From: a virus
Taxonomy: Duplodnaviria > Caudoviricetes
DNA: 59,735 nucleotides
Virus record (IMG/VR): IMGVR_UViG_3300024999_000115
Coordinates: 1-59,735 of that record
Reading direction: 5' to 3' (one strand)
Shown: piece by piece, positions 1 to 10,094 of the stretch
Layout of the letters: every line of letters starts with the position of its first letter
Numbering within the stretch: the first letter of the stretch is position 1
Made by a program: the position numbers and the translations under genes
Notes under the pieces: generated by a model
Told to the model about the DNA's origin: nothing
Database searches by the model: none
The model's input: the letters and a program-made list of their open reading frames with translations, nothing else

Positions 1-132
1 CAAGCGGGGCCACGGTTAAAGTATCTGCCGGGTTTACGCTGTTTGAACCTACTGCCATTATTTTACCCTCGCCAATACGATATGAGTTTATCGCAGGGAA
101 AACAGAAAACTCCCCGGACTGCGAAAACTGAA
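1..132. repeat. Terminal direct repeat, left copy (circular assembly overlap)
   Basis: 1..132 matches 59605..59735 except for one A (GCGAAAACTGAA vs GCGAAACTGAA). Confidence 0.97.
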
Positions 133-1687
133 TCCGGTTTTCTGAATTGTATTTTGCTGATATAATCGGCTGATTTACTGCTGTTGTTTCATCCGCAGTT
201 GAATAGTTGATGTAAATATTGTAATTCGATGATGATTTTACGTCTGTGCCAGAAACAACAAAAGTAACGTTGTCGAACCCTGCTCCATAAATATTAAAGG
301 CACACGCCATATTGTGCAATTCGTTTCTGCTGGTTTTATACAGGCTTATGGCTCCGTCTGCCGCCGCCGAACCTCCGACCATTGTAGCCCTTCCGTCAGG
401 ATAGCTTAAAATACCTCTTGATAGCGTTACTGCTCCGGGAAACCCCAATGCTTTGTCAATTGCATAAGCAATTCCACTTAGTTTTCCATCTTCCGTTTCG
501 ATTCTAAACCCTACATCCGAAGCTACGCTTTCAGTAGCCAGCGACCTTATATGTCCTGCTGATAAAACTGTCGTTGGCTTGTTTATTATTATTCTCCCGT
601 TATTCGAAGTGAGTTGTCCGTAAATGCTGTGATACGAGAAATTGTCAACAGGCATAATTTCACCTGCCGCCACTGTCTGAATGTCTATTTTCGAATACGT
701 GATAGAGGTAAATGTTATATCAATGTCCATCTGGTCAATTGTGAGCAGGATTTTTTCTGTACTTCCTGTTGACGTTGGCTTTTGTATTGATTTTATAAGG
801 TAAAAAGGCTCCTGTGATTTTATTGTCAGTTGACCAATTATCGTTTCAGTTGTTACTAATTCGGCAATATTGGTTTCTGCTGTATAATCAATTGTCAGAA
901 TGTTTTCATAATATGGCGTTGAAGCATAGATGTTTATTGCGCTGATTTCCTGTGCAAACAAGCTGTCGTCTGCATAAGCTAAATCCATGTTTACCAAAGT
1001 ATGAATATTCTGAATAATAGTCCCTTTTGTTATTGTTCCCTCTCCCCTGTTCAGTCCATACAATCCGAATGCGTAAATCGGGGAATGCAATACGATTTCG
1101 CCGCTTTTCAAAACTGCCGCAAACCTGATTAGAATTACCCCACACTGAGAAAAAACGCTTACGGGAAGCAAATCGGGGTCATTATTAAGGGCCGGCGCGA
1201 CCATTTCTATGTCTGCCTGAAAAGGATAAAAAGGAATCAGCGTTTTCCATAAGTACATATACTTTACCTGGTAGCTTGCCGAACTTTCATCAAACTGAAC
1301 CTTAAAATAATACTGTTCTGCCTCGCTGCTTCCGTCTCCCATGAAATAAAGAAGTCCGTTCAGAATGGTAAAACTCATTCCGGCTGTTTTTGTCAAAAGC
1401 AGTAAGCTGGGCGTAACCGATTCATAAACCCCATTAACAAGTTTGCCAAACCAGTACAATACATTTGAAGCATTGAACCCCAATACGTTTATCTGGTTTT
1501 CATCCGAAACTTTATGAAGAATGATATTTGAATAAACATTTGTCGGTATTGTGCTATTTAACCTTTCCGGGATAGGGCGAAAATCACCATCGCGCCACTG
1601 CATATTAATGCTCTCTCTCAGAAATCCATCCTGAACTTCATAATCATTCTCCTTAATATTTATCCCCAAAGGTTTAACGCTGTACAT
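1..1687 (-). CDS. N-terminal part of a large tail (nozzle/stabilisation-like) protein that continues across the circular join into 58658..59604 (about 877 aa in total)
   Basis: ATG at 1687 lies 1 nt after the portal stop; frame reads MYSVKPLGINIKEND...GEGKIMAVGSNSVNPADTLTVAPL open to base 1; joined length 2634 nt is divisible by 3; function inferred from position and beta-rich sequence. Confidence 0.75.
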   Translation of the reverse strand, partial: MYSVKPLGINIKENDYEVQDGFLRESINMQWRDGDFRPIPERLNSTIPTNVYSNIILHKVSDENQINVLGFNASNVLYWFGKLVNGVYESVTPSLLLLTKTAGMSFTILNGLLYFMGDGSSEAEQYYFKVQFDESSASYQVKYMYLWKTLIPFYPFQADIEMVAPALNNDPDLLPVSVFSQCGVILIRFAAVLKSGEIVLHSPIYAFGLYGLNRGEGTITKGTIIQNIHTLVNMDLAYADDSLFAQEISAINIYASTPYYENILTIDYTAETNIAELVTTETIIGQLTIKSQEPFYLIKSIQKPTSTGSTEKILLTIDQMDIDITFTSITYSKIDIQTVAAGEIMPVDNFSYHSIYGQLTSNNGRIIINKPTTVLSAGHIRSLATESVASDVGFRIETEDGKLSGIAYAIDKALGFPGAVTLSRGILSYPDGRATMVGGSAAADGAISLYKTSRNELHNMACAFNIYGAGFDNVTFVVSGTDVKSSSNYNIYINYSTADETTAVNQPIISAKYNSENRIQFSQSGEFSVFPAINSYRIGEGKIMAVGSNSVNPADTLTVAPL

Positions 1688-1688
1688 A

Positions 1689-3707
1689 TTACATCATTTG
1701 CGGTTGTTGTACTTGCTGTTGTGGCATCACTCCCCCGTTCTGTGCTATCATTTGCTGTTGTTGCATGGCCATTTTCTTTTCGTATTCATCCATCTTTTGC
1801 TTTACCTGAATCATCAATGGGTCTGTTGATACTTCCATAAATACCTTGTATGGTAACAGGTCGGCCATTACTTGCTCCAATAATCTTTTCTCAGATTCCA
1901 TCCTGTAAGCCGGAGAATTGGTTCCGTTTCCTTGCTGTATTGTAAATTCGTATTCGTCAAGTTCTGCCGGGTCAATTTCTTCACCGGTAATCCTTTGAAA
2001 ATCCTCTTTTGTGTACCCTTCAAGAATAAACTGTAATAACAATTCATCCCTTTTCCCCTGCAAAGAGAAATATCTTTCAATTATATCCCTGATATTTAAC
2101 CCCGCGTTCTGACTTTCAAGTGCGTACCCGCTGGCTGTTTTGTTTCCAGATTGTTTTCCCTGTGCTGCCGCGTAGTTCCCTGAAATTTCATCCATCAAAC
2201 CAGAATACAGTTGTATTAAGTTTTGAATACCATTGCTGACATTGGCGGAATTGGCGTAAAACTGTCTTGGGATAATATCTTCCATTCCATCCCGAACTTT
2301 GTAAATTACTGCACCGTCAGCACGTTTTAATTCCTGTAAGTATTGTTTGTGTGTGTGTGTGTCCGGTACTGCTGTATCAGGAACCAGCCAAACGCCTTTA
2401 CTTGCATTTTCATTTACCTGGTCAGCGTTCTGGATTTGTTTATCAAGTCCTTTCTGAGCGTTGATTACTTCCTCTACGATTCCCCACATTTCGCCGTTAA
2501 TGTCCGGTGGGGCAAAAACATAAGGAGACAATCCGCTTTTATACGGACTTTCCCGAACATCAAGAACCATTCCCCACGGTGTCATGTAAATCACGAAAAA
2601 CCGGCTTACAAATTCAGCATAAAACCTGATTCTGTATTCTTCTTCGGCTACTTCTCCGCCTGAATTTTCTTCCCGAACCCGGTTTATTTCTTCTACCTCT
2701 TTTTTAATCTTTTCTGGATTCATCCATTTGTGAACCTTTCGAACAGGCTCATTATATGCCAATGGGTCTTCGGTAATTGCTTCGTAAGAACTTATCAACG
2801 TCCACACTTCAAGGTATCTGTATGATGAATTTCCTACGCCCTGGGTATGAAAACTCCGGTTACGGCTTTCGCTGCCATCGAATGACTGTGAACTGTACGA
2901 ACTTTTAGAGGCCGGACTACCTGAATGCACTTCGTAAGCCCTTTTGATTTGCATTCCTCTTTCGTAATCACCGTTGGCGAAATTCATTATAATGTCATTC
3001 AACGTTACATCGTGAATTTCAAGTGATGTATGGAAATTATCAAGGTCGTAATCTGTTACTCCGGGATTTATGGTGAATTTATCTGTTGAAACAATTCTGA
3101 ACCTTGCATCGGTTTTGGTCATACCGTTTTTGCTTCCCCAAAAGACTTTAAAAACAGGTCTGCCCGAAATGAACATTTCTTTGGCGTTCATGGCATCCTT
3201 ATCTTTGGATTTCTCCTTGTTTTTAATCCTGTCGATACAACTGGTTAAGATTGTTGCAAGTTCTGTACCCCTGTCCTCTTTGCTGTCACATTTTACTATG
3301 TTTCCAGTGTCCATTTCCCTGAACTGCCCGGTTAAACTCCTGACCAACTTTGAAACCACATTGTAAGTCAGTGGCTCAATATTTCTCCTTCTGAGATATT
3401 CCCAATTGGTCATGTATCGCTTTGCATCCGGATCGTAAACCATTTCATTAAAATGGCGGCCACGGACGAACTCGATATTTCTTTGTCGTCTTGCCCGGAA
3501 ATTATCTTCAGCCGAATATTGCAATTGAAGTTGATTAATAAGTCCCTGTGGCGTTGTTCCCATCTGGTCAAAAACATACCATTCAAGATATTGCTTATAA
3601 TCATCCTGTTTTATTGCCACCGGTGCAAACGAACTCATCTGCCCCATGCGCTTGTTGCGCCTAATGGCCTCTTTAATGCCTTCTTTCGACTGAATCCAAT
3701 TGTTCAT
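1689..3707 (-). CDS. Portal protein (P22/podovirus-like)
   Basis: 672 aa; PLTYNVVSKLVRSLTG, ESPYK..SPYV, WGIVEEVINAQK, ISG..AAAQG..TASG motifs and a Q/M-rich C-terminus typical of podoviral portals. Confidence 0.85.
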   Translation of the reverse strand: MNNWIQSKEGIKEAIRRNKRMGQMSSFAPVAIKQDDYKQYLEWYVFDQMGTTPQGLINQLQLQYSAEDNFRARRQRNIEFVRGRHFNEMVYDPDAKRYMTNWEYLRRRNIEPLTYNVVSKLVRSLTGQFREMDTGNIVKCDSKEDRGTELATILTSCIDRIKNKEKSKDKDAMNAKEMFISGRPVFKVFWGSKNGMTKTDARFRIVSTDKFTINPGVTDYDLDNFHTSLEIHDVTLNDIIMNFANGDYERGMQIKRAYEVHSGSPASKSSYSSQSFDGSESRNRSFHTQGVGNSSYRYLEVWTLISSYEAITEDPLAYNEPVRKVHKWMNPEKIKKEVEEINRVREENSGGEVAEEEYRIRFYAEFVSRFFVIYMTPWGMVLDVRESPYKSGLSPYVFAPPDINGEMWGIVEEVINAQKGLDKQIQNADQVNENASKGVWLVPDTAVPDTHTHKQYLQELKRADGAVIYKVRDGMEDIIPRQFYANSANVSNGIQNLIQLYSGLMDEISGNYAAAQGKQSGNKTASGYALESQNAGLNIRDIIERYFSLQGKRDELLLQFILEGYTKEDFQRITGEEIDPAELDEYEFTIQQGNGTNSPAYRMESEKRLLEQVMADLLPYKVFMEVSTDPLMIQVKQKMDEYEKKMAMQQQQMIAQNGGVMPQQQVQQPQMM

Positions 3708-3713
3708 ATTGTT

Positions 3714-4325
3714 TTATCTTAATAAGCTGGTATCACTCTTTGCCCAAAACGCTACTTGCTGTCTGTTGTGTTCGTATGATTTAGTGTAGTCAACATACTT
3801 TTTATCGTACCCTATTGCCCTGTATAATTCCTTCAAAACGTAATCTTCCAGAGCATCTTGCAGATATTTTTTGACGTTTTCGGCGTTTTTAGGGTCGATT
3901 CGGTCGTCAAAATATGTCATTGATGTATAGTTTAGAACAAAATCCTCTGGTCTGCTGTCCATGTACTGCCACCGGTAAATAATCTTTCCATTTCCATCTG
4001 TGTCAAACTCAAATCGGGGTGCTGTTCCGGCTGTTGCTGCCACATCTGGAATCCATCTTTGTAATGGCTGAAATACAGGTAATATTTCTCTTGCCCCGTC
4101 TTCAAGTAACTCTTTTGTAAGCCTGTCGCCCTCTGGATGAAGTTCAGAAAAGAATTTTTGAGCGTTGGAGTGTTTACTGAAATATGGGTCGGCCAATACT
4201 GATAGCGCACTTTTTTTGGTAACTTTCTTGTAAACGTCAGTCATTACAATCTCAGTTTCAATAATTGGAACTCCATCAGGGTAAAGATGGTCAAGACCTG
4301 TATCTTCAATTATAAGATTAGCCAT
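3714..4325 (-). CDS. Putative head-tail ring/adaptor protein (distant paralogue of the next two genes)
   Basis: EDGAREILPVF and QDALEDYVLKELY resemble EAAKEVLKAY and KDAIIYYVLVSLY in the neighbouring genes. Confidence 0.5.
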   Translation of the reverse strand: MANLIIEDTGLDHLYPDGVPIIETEIVMTDVYKKVTKKSALSVLADPYFSKHSNAQKFFSELHPEGDRLTKELLEDGAREILPVFQPLQRWIPDVAATAGTAPRFEFDTDGNGKIIYRWQYMDSRPEDFVLNYTSMTYFDDRIDPKNAENVKKYLQDALEDYVLKELYRAIGYDKKYVDYTKSYEHNRQQVAFWAKSDTSLLR

Positions 4326-4336
4326 TCTCTAAAAGT

Positions 4337-5134
4337 TTAATCGTGTAAGCGGTACAAATCCCCGGAAAGTTCATCAATCAACGAAAGTGCTTTTGCCAAT
4401 AATTCTGCTTCTTTTTTCTGGTTCCCGTCGGTACGGTAAAGCGAAACAAGAACATAGTAAATAATGGCATCTTTGGTATTGTTGGTCAATCGGTTAATAA
4501 TTGCATTTGTCTGATTGGTACTCAGTGGAACTTCATTCTCTGAAAACCGGTAAGTGATATAACCATCAGAAGTTGATACACTGTTTGCTCTTAGTTTGGT
4601 TACAACCAAACTAACACTTCCAGAAGTCATTGATGTCGATATTGAATCAAACGCAACCCCCGCGATTCGTGCTTCAAATATGATTTTGTTCTCAGAAGAT
4701 GTAATCACAACACCTGCCGCAAGATAATCTGCTGCATGGCTGGTTACGAAAGCTGCGGTTACATCTGCCAAAACTGAATCATAGGCAACACTAACGCTTT
4801 TGTAAAGTCCTGCGCCACTAATCGAAAAACTACCTTCGCCTCCGATGATTTCTACTTGCTCTTGTTGTTTTACCGAAACGCCCATGCTGCCATACTCAAA
4901 GGCGGTTCCGGCTACATCGCCCTGCCGGGATAAATAAGCCTTCAGAACTTCTTTGGCGGCTTCTTTCACAAAGTCGTTGGTAATTCTGTCACCTTCGCCC
5001 TGAAGCTGTGAATATTGCTTTTCCTCGGTTGATTTACCCGCATAAAACGGGTCTGTTTCGGTTGCTACTGCTGACCTTCGCGCTACTTCGCGGAAAACTG
5101 TTTTTAACGGTATTGTAATTGTTATATCTCCCAT
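4337..5134 (-). CDS. Putative ring/adaptor protein with an inserted beta domain
   Basis: Likely start MGDITITIP at 5134; shares EAxxEVLKxxLSRQG and terminal LYxLHD with 5148..5612. Confidence 0.55.
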   Translation of the reverse strand: MGDITITIPLKTVFREVARRSAVATETDPFYAGKSTEEKQYSQLQGEGDRITNDFVKEAAKEVLKAYLSRQGDVAGTAFEYGSMGVSVKQQEQVEIIGGEGSFSISGAGLYKSVSVAYDSVLADVTAAFVTSHAADYLAAGVVITSSENKIIFEARIAGVAFDSISTSMTSGSVSLVVTKLRANSVSTSDGYITYRFSENEVPLSTNQTNAIINRLTNNTKDAIIYYVLVSLYRTDGNQKKEAELLAKALSLIDELSGDLYRLHD

Positions 5135-5147
5135 GACTTTTGTTTTT

Positions 5148-5612
5148 TTAGTCGTGTAATTTGTAAAGATGATTGTCAATATTCTGAGTAAGTTTCTGAT
5201 ACCTTTCAGCAACAAATTTTGCTTGTTCATCGTTCTTTTTAATTTTTAACCATAAGTAAGTCACATAAGTAAAAAGAGCATTTTTAACATCTTCCGTCAA
5301 GGAATCTTTTATTGCTGCCGCCTGTGGTAATGGAGGTTCTTCTTCGTTAAACCGGTATTTAGCATTGGTGGCTGTTTTTTCAAACGGTACACCAGTTAAA
5401 TTTCCCTGCCGGGATAAAAACACTTTTAATACTTCCCTTGAAGCCTCGTCAAAGAAGTTCGAAAAGGCATCTTCCTGATCCGGCCCTAATTCGTTATTTG
5501 AAATCAAGGGTGTTCCAGCTTCACTGGCTAATGCCGAAGCGATATAAGAAGTAGTAAGCCACGCTTTGTAGCTTACTAAACTTATCGTAATATCAACTGT
5601 TACATCTGCCAT
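5148..5612 (-). CDS. Putative ring/adaptor protein
   Basis: Likely start MADVTVDIT at 5612; clear paralogue of 4337..5134. Confidence 0.55.
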   Translation of the reverse strand: MADVTVDITISLVSYKAWLTTSYIASALASEAGTPLISNNELGPDQEDAFSNFFDEASREVLKVFLSRQGNLTGVPFEKTATNAKYRFNEEEPPLPQAAAIKDSLTEDVKNALFTYVTYLWLKIKKNDEQAKFVAERYQKLTQNIDNHLYKLHD

Positions 5613-5616
5613 GCAA

Positions 5617-6306
5617 TTATGCTCCAGGATAAACGTTGATGTAATACGGAACTCCTTCAATCAATATTTTTATTTTTTTGGCAGCACCGGCAGTCTCTGC
5701 GTTATCACTCACGTAGTTTAACGCAGGCCCACCAGCCGTATTTAAATGTATCAAGGCGTTTGCCTGTCCCGAAGCATACATAACTTGATCCAATTCAGCA
5801 GCACCGTTATTAGTCATATATAAAAGTTCGTGTTCTCCTGTAACGGCATTGGCCTGATGCGAATCTAACCATGCTGAACAAACGTGAGAAGCGGTAATTA
5901 CGCCACCTGCTTCAACTATACCATATAAAGCAGCAAGAAATCCGGCTCCGGCAACAGCCCCGTCATTGCGAACCTGACCATATACGCCATTTAAAGTTCC
6001 TCCTGTTACAGTTTTTTCGGCATCAACAACCGCAACACCCTGAACACCTCTTAATGATGCTGTTCCTGATGCAACAACGTGTGCCTCGTGGTCAAGACTT
6101 GATACAAGCCCCGAAGTGTTTCCTACGTTATGACGAATCTGAACAGCATAACTATTCGTGCCACCACCGGTAGGACGATAATCAAACTTTGTATAACCTG
6201 TTAATTTGTTATACCCTGTTTTTAATGCGTTTCCAATAGAAACAACTGCCCCATTGAACAGTTCTGTGATTTTGTTGGTTACCCAAGTTCTTGTAGCTAC
6301 TTCCAT
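5617..6306 (-). CDS. Virion structural protein (G/A/V-rich, fibre-like)
   Basis: 229 aa ORF in the structural operon; composition only. Confidence 0.45.
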   Translation of the reverse strand: MEVATRTWVTNKITELFNGAVVSIGNALKTGYNKLTGYTKFDYRPTGGGTNSYAVQIRHNVGNTSGLVSSLDHEAHVVASGTASLRGVQGVAVVDAEKTVTGGTLNGVYGQVRNDGAVAGAGFLAALYGIVEAGGVITASHVCSAWLDSHQANAVTGEHELLYMTNNGAAELDQVMYASGQANALIHLNTAGGPALNYVSDNAETAGAAKKIKILIEGVPYYINVYPGA

Positions 6307-6330
6307 GACATTTATTTTTAAAGTGAATAA

Positions 6331-7005
6331 TTATTTATGCTGCTCAATTATATTTTCAGTTTCCTTCTCTCTTATTGCCGATTCATCAATGCGCCCTTTA
6401 ATGGTGTTTAATTCCATTGCCAAAGCCTTTGTAATGTGGTCGAACAATTCATCCGGCCAAGTAACGCTAACATCGTCCGGAACGTTATCAAATGATACAT
6501 ACTGGAAGTTTTCAACGGTTTGAACATCGTCGCCGTGTACTGAAAAACATTCAATCCGGGAGGCTGAACCTGTCGAAGTATTGGAAATAGCCACTACCGG
6601 GTTTTGTTTTCCTGCCCTTGTAAATGGATTGTTTTGTTTTGCGTATTCAGGACCATCGATTAAGATGTATTCTGTAACAGGTTTGGCCCAAACGGTTAGT
6701 CTTAATGCTATCAGTTCCCAAAAATCTGTTGGTGCTGTAAACGATACTTTCTTTTTAGTATAAGTGGTTTGTACTTCTCCGTCTGCAAGCGTATCTTCTT
6801 CTAAAGCTGCCGGTGCTGATACGGCTAAATAGCTTTTCAATGAGTATGGCAACTCTTTAACCAGGTTCCGGGCAACAGTAGGAAGCAAGTCCAAGGCCAT
6901 AACACTCAATGACATTTCTGTTGTAGCTGCCTGAGCAAATGACGGTAGTTGTTCGTCAAGTAAGGTCAAAGCCCTCATTACTATTTGTGTTGCTGTTTTT
7001 GCCAT
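6331..7005 (-). CDS. Putative head-tail adaptor / tail tubular protein A-like
   Basis: N-terminal helices (TATQIVMRALTLLDE), central PTDFWELIALRL, helical C-terminus; position in the structural operon. Confidence 0.5.
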   Translation of the reverse strand: MAKTATQIVMRALTLLDEQLPSFAQAATTEMSLSVMALDLLPTVARNLVKELPYSLKSYLAVSAPAALEEDTLADGEVQTTYTKKKVSFTAPTDFWELIALRLTVWAKPVTEYILIDGPEYAKQNNPFTRAGKQNPVVAISNTSTGSASRIECFSVHGDDVQTVENFQYVSFDNVPDDVSVTWPDELFDHITKALAMELNTIKGRIDESAIREKETENIIEQHK

Positions 7006-7049
7006 AATTTTATTTCATTTTATTTCCCTCAAAAAGTTCCATTGTTGAA

Positions 7050-8612
7050 CTAAAACTCAATCGGCTTAAATAGCTTCAGCAACTTAAAGTAACTAACGCT
7101 TGTATTAAGTTTTTTGATTTTAATTTTATGGTTCTGATTTTTCAGTCCAATGATTTTCACGCTTGTTCCTGTGCTAAATGTATCCCGCCAATTCGATTTC
7201 ACATAGAACTCATACTCATCATCGACTATCCAATTTGAATAGGTTACTGAGTTAAATGAGTTACCCCTGCCATTGTATCCAGCAGGAAGTCTAAAATCTC
7301 CTATTGTTTCAGTCGTACCAACTGTGAACGTTCCAAGTGAAGTGCCTGCCGGATTAAACAATTCACATACAACAGTGTCAGGACTTTCACCTCCATCTGT
7401 TACGGTTTTTACTTTTATTTTATACTGCCCTGAAATTAAAGTTCCGTCAGGTAATATATTATTCAAAACTTCAACGTGCATAATAGGTCTTGTGGTTCGC
7501 CATAAATCAGCATTTGCGGCATAAGTAATAGACCTTACTTCTGTTGCGTATTGCAGCGGCTTTCCGTAATAGTCGTATGCTGACGGTGCTACATAAGCAT
7601 TTCCACCATCATCTGAAATCTCGATTGAATGAGTTGCACCGTTGTATGTATAGAATAATTCGAATCCAATCCCATCAAAATCAATTATCATCTCCTCGTT
7701 CAATGTAGAACAATAGATATACTGGTTATAGCTTTCACCAAGCCAGTTTGCGCGATTTAAAAAACTAACTTCCTTACAAGAACCTAAATGCGATTCCCAG
7801 ACAAAGTCTCTCACCAAGTGAATAGATTTTTCCAATTTGCTTAACACGTTTGGTTTGTTAAGCCTTTCAATAAACGTTGAATCTTGAAAATGTTTTAAAA
7901 CAACCGCATTAACTATATTATATCCAGCTTCTGTCATGTGTGGTGCATCCGTGTAAACCGAAGCAGGATTTCCCCCGTCAATTACCCACTGTATTAACGC
8001 CTGATTAAAGTCAAGTAATTCAGCGTTGTATTTGTAAGCTAATCCCCTGTAAAAATTCATCACCTTGTACTGTTCCATATCTGCTACCTGCGACCATGTA
8101 TAAGGTGTTCCAGAATTGTATATTGTTGTTAAATCTGAACTTCCCCAAGTGGTGATACACAAATCAGCAGTTGTTCTTTCCCTAATAAGCTGCATTGTTT
8201 GTTCAATTCGTTTAAGGCTTACATCGCCTGTTCCTGCACCTTCATTTTCTGCAAATACAATCAAATCAGGGTTTGGAAACAATAATATGTCGTCTATGAA
8301 TGGAACCATGTTTTCAATTCCATAACCGCCGTACCAATGAATTTCTATATTTTCTGCTGGGATTCCGTAGTTATTAATCAAAATGTTTTTAAGGTAATTG
8401 CTCCATGTATAGGCGTATAAATCTGACGTGATGCTATCGCCCAAAATAACTATCAATGGTGCTGTTGCTGCAAATTCGCTATTGCGGTAATCAATCGCTT
8501 TTTTAATGAAGTTCTGAATATTTGCACCATACCCTATTTTATTTATTTCCAGTTTTGCAGTGAGTGAATTTTTGTCTGCAAGCGGCATATTTGAAAATTT
8601 AATTAAAGCCAT
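7050..8612 (-). CDS. SGNH/GDSL hydrolase-domain virion protein (putative capsule esterase)
   Basis: ILGDSIT block I, PDLIVFAEN block III, DAPHMTEAGY block V, followed by beta-rich domains. Confidence 0.75.
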   Translation of the reverse strand: MALIKFSNMPLADKNSLTAKLEINKIGYGANIQNFIKKAIDYRNSEFAATAPLIVILGDSITSDLYAYTWSNYLKNILINNYGIPAENIEIHWYGGYGIENMVPFIDDILLFPNPDLIVFAENEGAGTGDVSLKRIEQTMQLIRERTTADLCITTWGSSDLTTIYNSGTPYTWSQVADMEQYKVMNFYRGLAYKYNAELLDFNQALIQWVIDGGNPASVYTDAPHMTEAGYNIVNAVVLKHFQDSTFIERLNKPNVLSKLEKSIHLVRDFVWESHLGSCKEVSFLNRANWLGESYNQYIYCSTLNEEMIIDFDGIGFELFYTYNGATHSIEISDDGGNAYVAPSAYDYYGKPLQYATEVRSITYAANADLWRTTRPIMHVEVLNNILPDGTLISGQYKIKVKTVTDGGESPDTVVCELFNPAGTSLGTFTVGTTETIGDFRLPAGYNGRGNSFNSVTYSNWIVDDEYEFYVKSNWRDTFSTGTSVKIIGLKNQNHKIKIKKLNTSVSYFKLLKLFKPIEF

Positions 8613-8613
8613 A

Positions 8614-9765
8614 TCAATATGTTTCTGTTATATAGTTATAAATTCCTGTCTCATCTGTATATAAATCACTTTCAGATTCACTATGTATTCCATATTCATT
8701 TATAATCTCAGTTGCTTCTAAAAAAAAAAACCTCAGCGACATTCCAGTTAACGGGCTGCCTATTGTGGCACTGCCTATTTGGGAAACCGCCAGACTATTA
8801 TAGTTTAGCACTGCATAATGACTGTTTGTAGATACATCCAATGAAGCAAAAAATGTCCTTGTAGTTAACCCAGCTTCATCGCCATTTGTTTTCTTGTACC
8901 CTGCTGGAAGAAACGTTAATCCGCTTGCATTATCTGCCAAATTGGTTGCAGCCCAATTAGTAGTACCAGCTTTTTTCATTTTGCCACCTGCGACTGTTAT
9001 CCCGCCGAGTGCAGTAATACAAGTAATCCAATTCGCCTGTGTTGGCACGTAATATTCAATTACATTACCAAGTGCCTTATATTTGTCAATGTCCTTTTGT
9101 AATAATGCAACAGCATACCAGTTGTATAGCAGCCCATAAGTTGCTTCAAACCCTGCATTAGCAGAATAACTATTGCACATTGCAGCGGCTTTAAGACCTT
9201 CGTAAATCTTTTCATCTTCTGTGCCAAATGCCGAATTATAGGCATTTGTGTATAATGTGGTAGCATTTGCCCAAGTTGCAGCATTTACATTTTTCTGAAT
9301 TGTATTACCCATTAGTGTCACGTTTGATGCGTAATTTTTAACAGCAATTACCTGTTCACCAACCGTTACCCTTTGAATTGTTGTTTCAGTTTGATTTTCA
9401 GTATAGGTAATTTTCAGTGAGTTGTCAACTTTTATTCTGAAATTATAAGTTAAATAACCCGTTAATCCTGTAACTGTGAAAGTAACCGTTCCTGTTGCTG
9501 AAATTTCGCCCTCTGTTGCGTTGACTGTCGACCCGTATGAAGTTGTAAGACCATACTCCAAAACCGGAGTTGCTTTGCCATACGGATTAACGGTTGCAGT
9601 AACAGTAAATCCATCGTTAAGAACTCCAGAAACAACCACATTGGTAATTTTTGGATAGTTCAACAATGACCCATTGAACCCCTTTGCCGGGCGCAAAAAT
9701 CCCTTTCCAATTAAAAATCCTTTCGGATATTGAATAAAACCTTTATTTCCTCCGAAGCCTTTCAT
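8614..9765 (-). CDS. FN3-like plus FISUMP (Fib_succ_major) domain receptor-binding/decoration protein
   Basis: LEYGLTTSYG...TYNFRIK FN3-like segment; YGLLYNWYAV, VPTQANW, AGGKMK, NASGLTFLPAG, GMSLRF FISUMP motifs. Confidence 0.8.
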   Translation of the reverse strand: MKGFGGNKGFIQYPKGFLIGKGFLRPAKGFNGSLLNYPKITNVVVSGVLNDGFTVTATVNPYGKATPVLEYGLTTSYGSTVNATEGEISATGTVTFTVTGLTGYLTYNFRIKVDNSLKITYTENQTETTIQRVTVGEQVIAVKNYASNVTLMGNTIQKNVNAATWANATTLYTNAYNSAFGTEDEKIYEGLKAAAMCNSYSANAGFEATYGLLYNWYAVALLQKDIDKYKALGNVIEYYVPTQANWITCITALGGITVAGGKMKKAGTTNWAATNLADNASGLTFLPAGYKKTNGDEAGLTTRTFFASLDVSTNSHYAVLNYNSLAVSQIGSATIGSPLTGMSLRFFFLEATEIINEYGIHSESESDLYTDETGIYNYITETY

Positions 9766-10052
9766 TACGAAATATCTCCGATTAACTCAACTGTTACATT
9801 AACTAATTCAATGGCCGTTACCGTCCCTGTTATTGCAATAAAATCAGGAAGCAAAACAAATCCATAGGCTCCCGCTGCGGTTATTGCAGCTTCTTCGGTT
9901 ATAAGCACCATGTCTGTTAAAGCAGTAGGTCTTGACTGGCTTCCGTAAACTGCTACATTTACAGTGGCTCCTTTTAAAATAAGACCTGCGTTACCACCTG
10001 TGTTTCCCTGATAATTAACCCTTTTTGTTCTGTATAATTTATTTGCTTCCAT
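9765..10052 (-). CDS. Small virion structural protein
   Basis: Likely start MEANKLY at 10052; beta-rich ORF in the structural operon. Confidence 0.5.
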   Translation of the reverse strand: MEANKLYRTKRVNYQGNTGGNAGLILKGATVNVAVYGSQSRPTALTDMVLITEEAAITAAGAYGFVLLPDFIAITGTVTAIELVNVTVELIGDIS

Positions 10053-10063
10053 AATTTTCAAAA

Positions 10064-10088
10064 AAGGCGGGAATCCCACCCGCCCTTT
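10064..10088 (-). terminator. Intrinsic terminator-like hairpin
   Basis: GGCGGG-n7-CCCGCC stem followed by a T run on the minus strand, just after the stop of 10095..10886. Confidence 0.6.
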
Positions 10089-10094
10089 ATATTT

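Noticed and set aside
2347-2361. (TG)n microsatellite in the portal gene
   Set aside because: Short, encodes THTH in an essential gene, and the frame is intact
8720-8730. A11 tract as a phase-variable switch fusing the FISUMP and SGNH genes
   Set aside because: The SGNH frame has a TAA shortly upstream of its ATG, so slippage would only change a short tail
8614-9765. Diversity-generating retroelement targeting the FISUMP genes
   Set aside because: No reverse transcriptase ORF in a complete genome, and I found no template/variable repeat pair differing at adenines; a self-alignment would be needed to exclude it fully
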